Shown piece after piece: positions 50,157-63,400 of a stretch of 64,000 nucleotides of DNA (position 1 is its first letter; every line of letters starts with the position of its first letter). A model generated the notes under the pieces. It searched no databases. It saw only the letters and a program-made list of their open reading frames with translations, and had not been told where the DNA came from. Location of the stretch: NCBI GenBank assembly GCA_051942245.1, contig JAVECL010000017.1, forward strand, positions 1 through 64,000, in the 5' to 3' direction. The DNA is from Trypethelium eluteriae (taxonomy: Eukaryota). Made by a program: the position numbers and the translations under genes.

Positions 50157-50540
50157 TTCGATTTCGTTAAATCAATACAGACAATTTTTACTTGGTTTGC
50201 ATACGATGGTAGTCGAGCATTCGAACTGTTGCATATGGAGTTCAGGGCAATTTCGATATCGGATGGTATACTTTATTACTATGACTACAGTAAGTGGACG
50301 CGCTATTGCAGTGACCAATGGAAATAAGGTTCCGATGAACTCCATGGCTTCTTTGATCAAATAGACGTTTAATGGCTACAAAACAACAGATTTCTGACCG
50401 GTATCTCCCTTTTCTTCGGCGTTAACATTACTCTAAGTCCTCGGGAGCTCCCGCCTCTGGGACGCTACGTACGGGAAGGGCTTCAAGAGGTGCCTTAGCC
50501 TCTGATCCTGCCGTAGTTCCCATTCCCGTAAGCTGAAATG

Positions 50541-51021
50541 TGACTGCAGAGATCTCTGCCTGACTGCAGCGTAAGAAGGGACTTGGAAGTTGACTGCAGA
50601 GACTGGACGAGCTCATCAACTAAAACATGTATATGCATAGGAATGCATAAACCTGACTGAAGATGTGGGGATCCTTTCCTTGGCTCGGCTCCGCAAAAGA
50701 ACCGGCCCGCAGGCTGACCGCAGAAGGTAAGGTAGACAGACCCTTAAACCAGATGTGCAGCCTACAGGAAACGCTACTGCAAGCATTGGTGGCAGAAACT
50801 CAACCGAGACAACCGGTGAAGTTGAGTGCCTGACCGGTCACTAATTTCCCTGTGGATTACAAAGAGCTGACTCGGATTTACGAGCCCGAATATATCCATG
50901 TTTGCAACTGCCTTATCTACACATCAAGGGCTGCACGTTGGAAACCAGTGATTTTGAAGTACCAAAGTATCGCCGCCGGTGCCAACGGTCTAAACTCCGC
51001 ATGACAGAATGACTGACTGCA
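50541..51021. promoter_or_regulatory. Four TGACTGCA sites in the MFS/P450 divergent promoter
   Basis: Exact copies at 50541, 50561, 50591 and 51014. Confidence 0.6.
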
Positions 51022-51208
51022 TTTCCTCCAGAGCGTTTGACATCATGTCTGCTGGGCTATGTCGTCGTATTGCTAGTTGATTAAGATTTGAAGGGGTAAT
51101 CTTCGGCCGTGACCTAACGAATGGGAATGTGCGGTAGTATTAAAGTCTTGTGATCAAGTTTGAATTAGAGAAGAAAGCTTTGCCTTCTCTGAAAAGAAAC
51201 TACACGAC

Positions 51209-53186
51209 ATGGCACTCAGTCTGAAACAACTATTCCTTGAGAATAATTGGCTTGCCTCTCCTCTTGGAGTGGCAGCCATCATAGCTTTGGGACTAACACT
51301 AGTGGTGGGTTCACATTCCTCAACTAGAATACTAGAAAGTCGTCGATTTTGATGCTCTGCTCAATCATTGAAAAAGAAGACCAAAAGAGGACCAAAAATC
51401 TGACAACTTTCTAGCTATCCTTCATCGCTTTCTATCGTTTGGCCATACATCCGTATAAGAGGTATCCAGGACCAATCATCTCAAGAATCTGTGGACTTCC
51501 AGTGTTGTACCACGCTTGGAGAGGTGACTTTCATCATTATCTCTACCGTCTGCACAATCAATATGGTAAGACCCACGGACTCATCAAAAAAAAAAAAAAC
51601 TCATTTACGCCAAATTGACCAAAACAAAAAGGAGAGAAAGTCCGCTATTCACCCAATAAGCTATCCATCAACAATGTCGAGGCTCTCAACGGTATGCAAG
51701 CAAAGAATCAACATTGATTGCAAAACTTACGCGAGACAGACATTTATGGGTTTAACAAGAATGTCTCCAAGCCCGAAGAATTCTACTCGGCATTCAGAGT
51801 CAATAAGCACGCGAGGAATGTTTTTAACACGGCAGATAAGGAAGAGCACCGAAGAAAACGCCGCATTATGAGCAAGGCGTTTTCTGCAAAAGCCCTACCG
51901 AACTACGCGCCTTTTATTTCATCCAAGGTTGAAGAACTCTCCACGAAACTCAACGGTGATCAGCCTCTTGGGGTATCCGGTCATTGGAGAACTTTCAACA
52001 TGGCTGATGAGCTCAATTACCTCATGCTCGATATCATGGGAGGTCTCTGCTTTGGTGAGGCATTCGGCTTCATCTCCGGGAAAGGTAAAGAGACAATGGC
52101 GAATGTGCATAACCGGGCCGTTAGAATCTATATGGTAAGAATCCTGGCTGTGTATTTTCTGTGAATACTGACGCTTTTTGCAGACTGGACAAGAGCCTTT
52201 GTTGAAGCGATTGTCGCTGGATAGACTGCTTTTTCCGCATTTATTCAAGGCCGCAAATGCTTTGGGTCAATACACTCGATTTTATACCCAGAAGCGTATC
52301 CAGAGCAGGGGTGATCTGGAGACAGATAAAGAAGCGGTAGAGGAGCGGGGGTACGAAGATATTCTCGCACACCTCATTAACAACAAGGACGATGAGACCG
52401 GAGCTGTGTACAGCGAGAATGAGTTGCTTGGAGAAGCAACTTTGCTGATGATGGCTGGTAAGCTCGCTAGAAGATCTCCAAGCCTTTCACCGAGATCAGT
52501 CATTGACATTTCTGACTTCAGGATCTGACACTTCAACAACTGCAATCAACACCACGTTATTCTACCTGTCCAACCATCCTCGCGTTCTCCGAAAGCTGGA
52601 GGGCGAGTTGAGAAACTGCTTTCCCAAACTCGAGGACATTCACCCCAACACCGCCGAAAACTGCAAATACCTCCGCGCCTGTCTCGATGAAGCGATGCGT
52701 CTCTGCCCCTCGGTACCGTCCAACATTCCCCGCGTCATCGGCGAGGGTGGCCTCATAGTGCTCGGCGAAGAGCTGCCCGCCGGAACATGGGTCTCTGTGC
52801 CGAATTTTACGCTATTTCGCAACGCCAAATATTTCGACCGGCCCCATGACTATGTTCCCGAGCGCTGGATCGTGGACGAGAGCAGTGGCAATACCGCTGA
52901 GGATGTCAAGCGGTCGCAGGCAGCTTTCCAGCCCTTCTCCATTGGGCCCAGGCATTGCATTGCGCGTAACTTGGCTCTGCGGGAGATGACGTTTGCACTG
53001 GCTCGCATCTTTTACCTGTTCGATGTGGTACCGGTGGAGAATAGCGGGCGGTGGATGGGGTCTTTGTTGGGGGTCGATACAAGGAACAGCCATTTCGTCC
53101 AGGAGCAGTGGGATGTCTTCACGTCGTTGGAGAAGGGACCGACAGTGAGGTTGAAGGTGAAGGAGGGTGTGGAGTCGCGTCTTTGA
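51209..53186 (+). CDS. Cytochrome P450 monooxygenase
   Basis: N-terminal TM anchor, HPYKRYPGP, AG|SDTS (I helix), EAMR (ExxR), PERW and the heme motif FSIGPRHCIA. Several GT-AG introns. Confidence 0.95.
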
Positions 53187-55081
53187 GTGATTTGAAAAGA
53201 GTCGCTTACCGAAGCCTTCATCACGTAAGCGCAGAGGAGGCAGGAATGCTGTTGCGGAGATGTAGAGTGTAGAGAGATGTGCGAGGCATTAATGTCTCCT
53301 TCTCCGGGACCAATCCAAGCAAAGGCCATACAGCGGGCTATATGAGTATTCTATGAGAAACCTAGGAGTATGTTAGGCAAATGAATCCTGATTTTCGTTT
53401 TTCTGCAAGACTTTCACTACCATTTGCAAATATTCTAGACTGAAGTCTTGCCACCCTCGTGCCTTCTCGCTACACTTGCTACACATGCTGCTCTCGTCAT
53501 CTTCGAGATTAGCGGGGTTGTATGCTTCCGAGCTGGCTATTGTGGAGTTGCTGAACATGATTTGAGAGAGAAACAGTGAAAACATCTTCGATCGTCAGAT
53601 TGGTAGCGAGCTCGCTACCCTCTGAGATGCTTTGATGTTACTAAGATATTCGCCACTCGGCTGAGATACCGGGAATAGCGCCTTTACTGCGTGGATTATC
53701 GGTTAAGTTGCTTTACTACGACAGCCACTTACGACTCTTGGGGCGGATGCAGGAGAGCGGTACTCCAGTCTACCGTAGTCGAATGACTTGTGTTGGAAAT
53801 TGTTTGAATGTGAGGCTACCACGACTCGGCATGTACGTGCTGCAGCCTCAACCCTCCAATCAGTTGAGAGAAACAATTGGATTGCCGGAGTTAGTTCGTA
53901 TCATCTTGCTTAAGATCTTATGAGGTGATCTGTGTTCTGGTTCATTCCGAGGGAAAGGTCTCGCGTAGGATGTAATGTGCAGCGTTGTAAGTGACCAGGG
54001 AGTGGCTAACAAAGTAGGCACCGAGCCGCGTGGCAGATCGTCTACCAAGATGGAGGATTAAGCGATGTCCTCAACTAGTTTATTGGACCTCAGAGGCTTG
54101 ACAGCGCATGGCGAGCGGGAAGTGTTACCTGTCTGTCTATTACTAATCCGGAAGTGTGCTGCGCGCTGGCCCTGATCTCCGCGAGATTAGTGGTAGCGTA
54201 CCCAGAGTCCCCGATCATTGGCTTTTCATTTCTCCGATCACCTTAGCGTTATCATCACTACGCTTCAGGATACCATTCCCTATCCATCTTATAGGTGTCT
54301 CAGGCGGGTGGCTGATCAAGACTCCTAGATTTCTTCGTGTATCAAGTGGGGTACGGCCCCAATTGACCCCCGCCTTCATGTGCCATCCTCTACGGCAATC
54401 GGCTGTACGGCTAATCCTTCGCTGCCTTCCCGCTCTCCACTCTCGCCGGGCAACTTACCTTACCACTCTTGCCAATGGTGACCCCCAAGAACCCCACCCT
54501 CCGCACACGTCCACACGTCCACACGCCTCATCCACCCGAGACCGGTCTTGAAAGTATATTTGAAGATCGTTGATCAGTCCACACTTCTTCCTCTCCCTGT
54601 TCCAAAGCAGGCCGTACTGGGTCTTGTAGAGAGATATGTACCGTAAGCACTAGAGCCAGACTTGAGCTTGTGGCCCTAAACGACTAGAAGAAAGGGGCGG
54701 TGTGAAACATGGCCCGTTTGCGTTCAAGATTGCAGAGTCCCGTGGCACCGATTGGAACTGTATACTGCGTATGCCAATGTATGTAATACTGCAAATGTAC
54801 GCTTCTCCTTATGTTGGCTATCTACATGCCCGTATCAAGTGGGACCTGAAAAGCAAATCTTTAACTTTTAGGTCCTAGCGACAGCATACTTCTTAAAGTA
54901 TAGAACCAGCTTTATCATCCAAACAAATTCAGTCAATAGAGTTTCATCATTTTGTCCCAATTTCTCGGTACAAGAAACTGCCGTGTGTGCAAGAAGCTAT
55001 GATTAAGGAGTAATAGAAGACTTCGAAGTACTGCGCCAATTCGAGACCCACGGTCTAAGCTTTCTCGACCAGCATTACCGG

Positions 55082-56320
55082 ATGGATGAAGACTGGACTG
55101 AGATTACAGACACTGCGCTTCGCAAGAGAATTCAAAATCGTCTTGCCCAGCGGAAGCATCGTGAGGTAACCCTTAGCTCCTGGTATATTGCATTTCTAAC
55201 ACGATCAGCTGTAGGCCAAAGGATACAAGCGCAAGCCAACTACCCGGCGGAAAATGCACAGAGCCCAGCCTCGAGTCCCCCCAGCCAAACATCAATGCCT
55301 TCATCGAACCAGCCTTACTTTCCGACCTCATTGGTCTCTGCGGCAGGAACAGCCCCTGACCCAAGGGCCCAGTGTCAGATTGATCATGGCTGTGAGACTG
55401 TGGGGCTGGAAGACTTTGCAGGCGACGATTTTACGTTCTCGGGCTTCGCAGGTCAACAATGGAATATGGGTTCTGGTGCTGGCACCGATGGGGCTGGCGG
55501 TGTTGATGCTAGCAACGGTGCGGGTGCAGGCATCCTACCTGATTTAGAGGGTAGCGGGCATGCAGTATCAAGTTCATCAAAGCCTCCCGAGCCTTGGGAT
55601 CCTGGTCTGAGATCTGCAGTTCGGCCACAGGGCAACGGACATGGACAACTTATGGGAATCCAGCAGAGCAACCAGCATGTCGGTGTCGGCGGTGAAGCCA
55701 TCCCAGCATCTGGCTTCGGCCCACCGCCTACTTGGACCACACCCATGAAGCAGCCGGAGAACACTCAATGGCAGCAAAGGCAGCAGCAGCAACGTCTCAC
55801 TGCTATCAACTCCTCAACTCTTCCGAAATCATCCGCGCCATCAATTCCAGGTAGCCAAAAGAGGCGGTCTAGCCTTGAATTAGATACGAGGCACGGTGAT
55901 GGCCATCTTTGTTCTGAATGTGGTGTGCCAAGGCGCCACGGGGACTATCGTAATAGCAAATCAGCTGGAGCCACCCGTGAAACCACAACCCCGGAGCTAC
56001 CGTCACCCTCCCCAAGTACAACGCATATTCCTAGGTCCGACATACTCCGAGAACATGGCATCGATCTTGCAGAAGTACTGTCGCAGCCACCTTCTGCAAG
56101 AAGACAGTCAATTTCGACGACAGCGTCGCCAAGAGCCTCTCGGATTCGAAGCGAAACCACTCCCTCTAGCCATTTTACCCATCATCGCGAGCATTCGACC
56201 CGCCCGGAAACTTTTGAGGTAGAACGAGATGAACGTAATCAAGCATATACCGATGGATCAGACCCGAGAGTGACTAAGGTCGTTGTCATATACATGCAGG
56301 AAGGTAACTCTCGAAACTAA
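55082..56320 (+). CDS. bZIP-type basic-region transcription factor (probable cluster regulator)
   Basis: EDWTEITDTALRKRIQNRLAQRKHR basic region and an in-frame 54-nt intron 55161-55214. Low-complexity body with C-terminal VTKVVVIYM. Confidence 0.8.
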   Translation: MDEDWTEITDTALRKRIQNRLAQRKHREVTLSSWYIAFLTRSAVGQRIQAQANYPAENAQSPASSPPSQTSMPSSNQPYFPTSLVSAAGTAPDPRAQCQIDHGCETVGLEDFAGDDFTFSGFAGQQWNMGSGAGTDGAGGVDASNGAGAGILPDLEGSGHAVSSSSKPPEPWDPGLRSAVRPQGNGHGQLMGIQQSNQHVGVGGEAIPASGFGPPPTWTTPMKQPENTQWQQRQQQQRLTAINSSTLPKSSAPSIPGSQKRRSSLELDTRHGDGHLCSECGVPRRHGDYRNSKSAGATRETTTPELPSPSPSTTHIPRSDILREHGIDLAEVLSQPPSARRQSISTTASPRASRIRSETTPSSHFTHHREHSTRPETFEVERDERNQAYTDGSDPRVTKVVVIYMQEGNSRN

Positions 56321-57420
56321 AGTCATACAGAGATGCGAAGGTCCGAAATATATTAGATTGTAGATTATTAGACCATTAGCTAACCTCGTTAGCGTTTCTA
56401 AATACTCAATAGATATAGCAGCGACGGTAGAGTTCTCTACCCCTCAATTTCACGCATTATCAAATAGATCTCTATAGCTCTGAATAGCAGAGTTAGAGGT
56501 TTCTATATCGAGCAGATGCCTCCAAGTTCGGTTGTAACTGCGAATTTATATAGATTAAAGGCGCAGTTTCTCATCAGTCTAAACGTCCTGGCCCACTTGC
56601 ATCACTCTCATATCAAAGGTCCTAGGGCCTACACGAAGACAAGATTTCAGACCAAACTTGAATAGAATCGCTTTGGAGGTGGCATCTTCTCGCTCTCTTA
56701 GTTCTTCTGTGGACGCATGTAGGCTATCATTGTTAGATGCCATGTCTTTTGGAGTTATGAGCTCTCTTCGTCCTTGAATTGAGTTTTCTGCACTCTAGAT
56801 TGATTGAATACATCTTTTGGTACTATGGGTACTCGAGGGGAGTTTGTTATATTCATGACAGCACAGTTGAGGTGCATTATTGTCTAGAGTTAGGCCAAAT
56901 AATATGACTCGTTCTATCACCAGTTGAGGGGAGAGGCGAGACATGGACGGTAGTATATCGACGCTGAGCCAGCACTCACGCCTACTGTTAATAAAGAGCC
57001 CGCGCTTCCTGTATTTCTATTGCAGCAAGGGCAGATAGTTGTCAATGAGATTTTTATCGATTCTGCGTGCGCCGTGACCAAAGATATATGAACGATAGTA
57101 AGAGAAAGGAGCCGGCATGCAGAATTGCCTTGCCGTAAACAAAACTTCCATTAGGTAAAAAGGGTTGCCCAACAGTCGCCACAAGAAAAAGAGCGCCAAT
57201 GAAAGGCCCAGGCTCTGAAGCGCAAAATTCTTGCTAACTTCGGAGACCCTCAAGTGGTGGCCAGCGTACCGCAATTACGAGGATACTGAGGTCGTGCCTA
57301 GACTGCTTGCAAACACATCTTGAAGACGTCTCTATTGACTATCACTAGATAAATAGCAATCATGTCTTCTGTAACTTAAGTAATTTCAACTGTATCTCTT
57401 CAACTGTCTATCACATTTGG

Positions 57421-59367
57421 TTATATCTGGGAATTTCCCATCCAAATTTGCAGCTTTTCCATTTTCGCTGCTCTGAAACCTTTCTGCTCACCATCCAACT
57501 CAGCTGCCTCGACAAAGGGCTGGTATCCATTGAACCAGCCTTCAGGATCGAACTCTTTCTTCAGTCGTCTAAGCCTCTCGAGTCTCCATGGTTCATAGCC
57601 ATATAGTGCTTCTGGAGGGTCTTTAGAACCATGTCCATAATTGATATATTGTTGGAGACGTCCGTAACCTGACGTTTCGATAAAGGCATCTTGTTGTTCC
57701 GATAACCATTCATCGACCAAATCCTCGTCAACTGGATTCTTGTATGCAGCCTCAATCATCCTGAACCATTATGAGTTTGAAGGCTTACTTGATCAGCAAG
57801 AACCGAGCACTTACAAGAAATGATCGGATCCATGACGCCATGGATAGGCTGTTGCATTGTCCATTTTCTCACGGACACCTTGCTGAGGGAAGGACTCAAA
57901 CATTACACTAAACATAGCTTTTCCCTCGTACCTTTGGTTCAAGTCTCTCCATCCATCGAAGTAAGAGCGCATAGTTGGGATGTCGTACTTCTTGACATTT
58001 GCAGCATAGAAATTCTTGATAGGGAACCTTGCCCATCCTTCTGGTGTGCAAAGGATATTATTTAACCCATTGTATGTCGACCATGGCAACGCATCCCAGG
58101 CAGCCGTTTTCGCATCCTTCCAGATAGGTGATATCGCATCAAACGGTTCGATGAAAGGTGCTGCATCATCTTCCGGGCCAGAGTATACTACATTGATGTT
58201 GATAGTAGGCTATATGATTGTTACAACTTCATTAATCATTGGTGGGTTGGGTGACTGACGCCTCCATTTGCTCCTCGCCTGCGACCAATTACGAATATCG
58301 CAACTTCTCTCGGCATTGGGCTAGAGATATTGTTCACTACCTTAAAGATAGCTTCTACCTTGTCCAGTTCGAATTCGAAGTCGACAATGAAGTGTTTGCC
58401 ATCATTGCCCTGCGGGTACACTTGATACGTAGCCTCAAGCGCAATACCAAAGTTGTGCCCCGCGCCACGAAGAGCCCAGAATAGATCTTGGTTGTTGTCT
58501 TTGGATGCTTCCACAACCGTACCGTTCGCAAGGAGTAGCCGAATCGAAACCATGTTATCATTTAGGTAACCATACTTTCCTTGAAGGCGACCAATTCCCG
58601 CACCGAGCGAAATTCCAAGAACGCCAGTACACGGACAGGATCCAACAGCTTTAGATAGTCAGCAAGACCCATGGAGCTTGAATATTGAAATGCAGCCGCT
58701 GTAGCCTGGTTTTGAGATCTTGAACGAACATGGAATGGGTCCAACTTACTCACTTCCATCCCTTTTGCAAATGTTGCGTTCGCAAACTTTCCTGTCGTGA
58801 TTCCACCACCAACAGTCATCTGCTGTTTTTGTTCACTATACTTGATGCTATCCAATTTCCGCATGTCAATAGCGATGGCATTTTGGATGCGCCGATGAGA
58901 GGTTGTCAGAGAATGACCTCCTGATCGAGCTGCAAACTGAATTCCTCTCGAGCGCGCGTAATTTACCTAAAAGAGTGAGTCGAATATCCAAGCTTTCCCG
59001 AAATCGAGAGCCTCACGGTTTCAATGACATCCTTTTCTTCCGCGACCTGGACAGCGGCAATGTGCCGGGGTCGTTTGTAATCGGTATAGCGGGCATCAAG
59101 GGCCGCGAACCCCTCTTCCCCTTCCAACACAATCCACGCGTCTGGTGACAACCGCTTTTGAAGTTCACGCTTGAGCGATAGTTTCAGATAGTCGGTGTCG
59201 ACTGAGACATCCTCCTCATAGCCTCCGGTCCAGCCGAGAACTTGTTGCTCTCCCCTTGTCAGGGGAGAATATGCGACCGATGCATTCTTTGCTAAAGAGA
59301 GGCGTGTCCAGTGTGACAGGATCAACAAGAACAACAATTTCAACCCCAACACGTGTACGGACATCAT
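57421..59367 (-). CDS. FAD-linked oxidoreductase (FAD_binding_4 / berberine-bridge-enzyme-like) with signal peptide
   Basis: ARSGGHS (covalent FAD His), DLFWALRGAGHNFGI and C-terminal YINY..G....LYG...WRLERLRRLKKEFDP (BBE). Multi-exon. Confidence 0.92.
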
Positions 59368-59756
59368 GGTGCAAAGACGAAGCGATAAATTAGGTCATAT
59401 CCAAAATGCTCGAATGGCGATACTACAACTACGATTTTACTGTTCTGCCTAATAAGAGGGAAGGAGCTTCGCAAGAACGCCCCCGCCCTTGTCATTCTCC
59501 GAATTCATGGCCGAGAGAATCTCGAGACGAAAGTAGAGCGAGCTTGCCATATCTGACCGACTTGGGCGGAGCGGTTTGGTGCAGCAAGTCTGCCATGTGA
59601 ATGTCAGTTTGAGGATTCTCCATACGGTCTGCCGTCAGGACGATCGTGATCGGAACATAGTGATCACAGGACCTGGGTAAGTGTTGCAGCAACTCTCCGG
59701 TAAAGCTGTCAGATTACAGAGCACTCATTGTGAAGATTTCGCCTTCAAATCCAAAT

Positions 59757-59929
59757 ATGCAGATGCAGTCATTCTCCGATATCGCCGGCACATTACTCAG
59801 CGTTCATTGCGAAATCCTCAGCCTCAACTTCAAGCATGCAGATGCAGTCATTCTCCAAGCTACTTGTCAGAGTACGGATCATCCTCCGTAACGTCTTCAG
59901 TCTCAAGTTCCACCTCCGAAATGCAGTCA
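59757..59929. promoter_or_regulatory. Three TGCAGTCA sites, two within a 21-bp direct repeat, in the FAD-oxidase/PKS divergent promoter
   Basis: TGCAGTCA at 59764, 59843 and 59922. ATGCAGATGCAGTCATTCTCC at 59757-59777 and 59836-59856. Confidence 0.6.
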
Positions 59930-60466
59930 CCCTGCGGCCTGCAAGAGTATTGCAGCAGGAAACTACGCACAAAGACGTCAGTGTTCCTATGCGATCCCCT
60001 GACTTGCAGTCCTATCTTTGTTCGATGCTTTGGCCAATGACACTACAGATTTTGAATGCAGCACTCCAGCCGGTGTGTATACGCGGTAATAGGTAAGTAC
60101 CTATGCAGGAGAAGCGAAGTCATTCTGAAGTCATCTTCTTGGTGCTTTCTTGCTCCAGAGATGAGAAGATTGAGTAAGTCATGGATGACAACACAGATGA
60201 TAGGTTGAGATATCGTTGATGAAGATAACAGTTAAATGTGCCCCAGTATAGACCGAAAAGTTAGGGGGCCTCCAATCAGACATTGCTTCATTGCAACTGC
60301 TTCTTTCTGTCTGTAGTCCTTTGCAAAGCCAGATGCTTGTTTCATTTCTCATACTTTCTGGCCTTTACTCAGGATTCATATCCGGAAACCTTCACATGAT
60401 ATTACGTTGTAATTATCTGGCAGTGGGATCAATTTCGCTTTGGCAACTTCCTTTACAGTGGTCAAT

Positions 60467-63400
60467 ATGGCACCTATCGCAGTCGCAGAACCATATGCAT
60501 CAGAGGCTTTAGAGCCTGTCGCCATAATCGGCATGGGTGAGTTCCTATCTTCCGAAAGAACGTGATTTGTGTATCTCTGATAATTGTGTGTTAGGGTGCC
60601 GATGGCCCGGTGATTCGGAGTCTCCTTCTGAACTATATGACTTCCTCGAGGCGAAGAGGAACTCTTACAGCAAGTTTCCAGCGGAGAGAATCAATGGAGA
60701 TGCATTCTATCATCCCGATGGAAACAGACCAGGCTCCTTCAAAACAGAGGGAGGCAGCTTTCTGAAGTCAGATGTGCGGAAGTTCGATGCAAACTTCTTC
60801 GGAATCCATCCGAAGGAAGTTCTTACCTTAGACCCTGCCCAGAGAAAGTTTCTAGAGGTTGTCTATGAGGCTTTCGAGTCTGCAGGCATTCCTCTTCACA
60901 AATTGAACGGCTCCAACATTGGGACATTTGTGGGGAACTTCAACTACGATCACCAGTTAATGCACTATCGCGACCCGGAGAATGCGTTACCGTACTCTGT
61001 CACTGGTAGCGGTATCACCATACTTAGCAACCGCATCAACTACATCTTCAATCTCAAGGGCCCTTCTATGACTCTGGACACAGCTTGTTCGAGTTCCCTC
61101 TACGCACTCCACCTCGCTTGCTCGGCGATTCAAACTGGAGATTGCACAGCTGCAGTCGTCGGAGGATCGAATCTAATTCTGACTCCAGAGTGCCAAATCT
61201 TTTCATCTGTCCTGGGAGCTGTTTCGCCTACTTCAGTCTGCCATACCTTTGACTCACGCGGTTAGTGATGACGTTAATTCATTAGTTCATTGGAAAAGTC
61301 ATTAACATCATCTAGCGGATGGATATGCTCGTGCTGACGGGATTGGTGCGCTCTTCATTAAAAAATTGTCCCAAGCAATAGCCGATGGCGATCCGATTCG
61401 TGCAGTGATTCGAGGCACATCATTCAATGCGAACGGTCGAACGGGTGGGATCACCCATCCTAGTCCTGATGGCCAAGAGGCTTGCATGCGACGGGCGTAT
61501 GAGCGTGCCGGTGGTCTGGATATGTCACTCACAGGTTATTTTGAATGTCATGGAACCGGGACTCCTGTTGGGTAAGCAACAAATTAATCTAAAAAAAAAA
61601 GGGTACAGTGGTAATGGCATCAGTGATCCTATTGAAGTGTCCGCCATCGGAAGATTGTTCGCCGACGCGAAGAGCTCTTCAAATCCGTTGTTAATTGGAT
61701 CAATCAAGTCCAACATGGGGCATAGCGAGCCATCTAGCGGTATTGCAGGGATTATGAAAGCTGTGTTAGCAATAGAGCGAGGTGTCATTCCACCCACGAT
61801 TGGCATCGAGACTCTAAACCCGAATGTTGACTTGAAGGATGGCCGACTGAAGATCGTTACCGAGAGCACGCCATGGCCAGATCTACCGGTTCGAAGAGCA
61901 AGTGTCAACTCTTTCGGATATGGAGGTTCAAATGCACATGTAAGCGCTCCGATGGATTCTTTTTATGTACCGTCAAGATCTAATCAGGGTAGGCCATCAT
62001 TGAATCTGTCGAGACGCTCTTACCTGGATACAGGTCACATCACCAGGCGAGCAAAGAATCTTCCAGTATCGAAGCCTTCGCCAAGGCAAACGGAATGTCT
62101 CAGGGACCGTTGCCTCCTGTGACGAATGGTCGAGTCAATGGCCATATCAATGGTCATACCAACGGCCATGTCAATGGTCACGCCAATGGCCACGCCAATG
62201 GTCACGCCAATGGTCACATCGATGGCAATGGCCGTGCTCAACTCAGCGGAAACAATGATTCTATGATCAATGGAAATGGTTATAGGTCAAGGCCAACCAA
62301 GGACCGTTTCCTCCTCCCATTCTCGGCGCATGATGAGAAGACACTACAGGCCAATTACGATGCGTTAGCTAAATCCGTTACCAATTGGGACTTGATGGAT
62401 GTTGCGTTCACCCTCAGTGCTAGGCGTAGTTTACTAACTTACCGGTCGTTCATTATAACGAGCGTCAACGAGGCCGAACAAGATCTCCCAGAAGCAAAAC
62501 TAAGCATCGCGAAGAAACGTTCCGCTGCCACCCCGGTTCTTGGTTTTGTCTTCACTGGACAGGGCGCTCAGTGGCCTCAGATGGGGAAATCACTCATGAA
62601 AGAATATCCGAGCTATCTAGCAACAATCCGGAGACTCGACAAATACCTTGACGATCTTGATGAAGCCCACGGCCGAGACTGGAGTATCGAAGGAGTCATG
62701 AATCAAAGTCCGGAAGAAAGTCTGGTCCACAACGCGGAGCTTTCGCAGCCTCTAGTGACTGCATTGCAAATTGCGCTTGTTAATCTAATTTCTCAGTGGA
62801 ATGTGACGCCAAGCGCCGTTGTCGGCCACTCATCTGGTGAAATCGCCGCCAGCTATGCTGCAGGCTTACTGACTGAAGAAGAGGCTATGATCGTAGCTTA
62901 TCTTCGAGGAAAGACACTCGCGCACAACAATAAAAAGGGATTGATGATGGCTATTGGTGGCCACCTCTCCGAGATCCAACCTTTGGTGGATGAATTTGAC
63001 GGCCAAGTCACCATCGCGTGCCATAACTCCCCAGAAAGCTACACATTGAGTGGAGATGCCGACGCAATGGTTCGACTCAAGGAAGTCTTCGACGAGAAGA
63101 AGATCTTCTGTCGTACACTCGTCACAAACAATAACGCCTACCACTCGCATCACATGAAAGCTCTTGGTCCACAATACGAATCGGAGCTCGAGTCTTCCAT
63201 GCCTAAGAGCTCGGCTGTCAAATCTCTCAAGCAAAGTTCAAAGAGCCGTTCTGTCCAAGCTGTTTTCTTCTCATCTCTCTATGGTCACGCCGCACCCTGG
63301 TCATTGCTAGGTCCTAAGTACTGGCGCCAGAACCTTGAGTCTCCGGTACTATTTCATCAGGCCGTCGGGGAAATGGTCTCGCAGCTACCCGTCGATATTC

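Noticed and set aside
62124..62231. (NGHx)n repeat as a novel domain
   Set aside because: NG/NGH low-complexity linkers are common in fungal PKS and tailoring enzymes.
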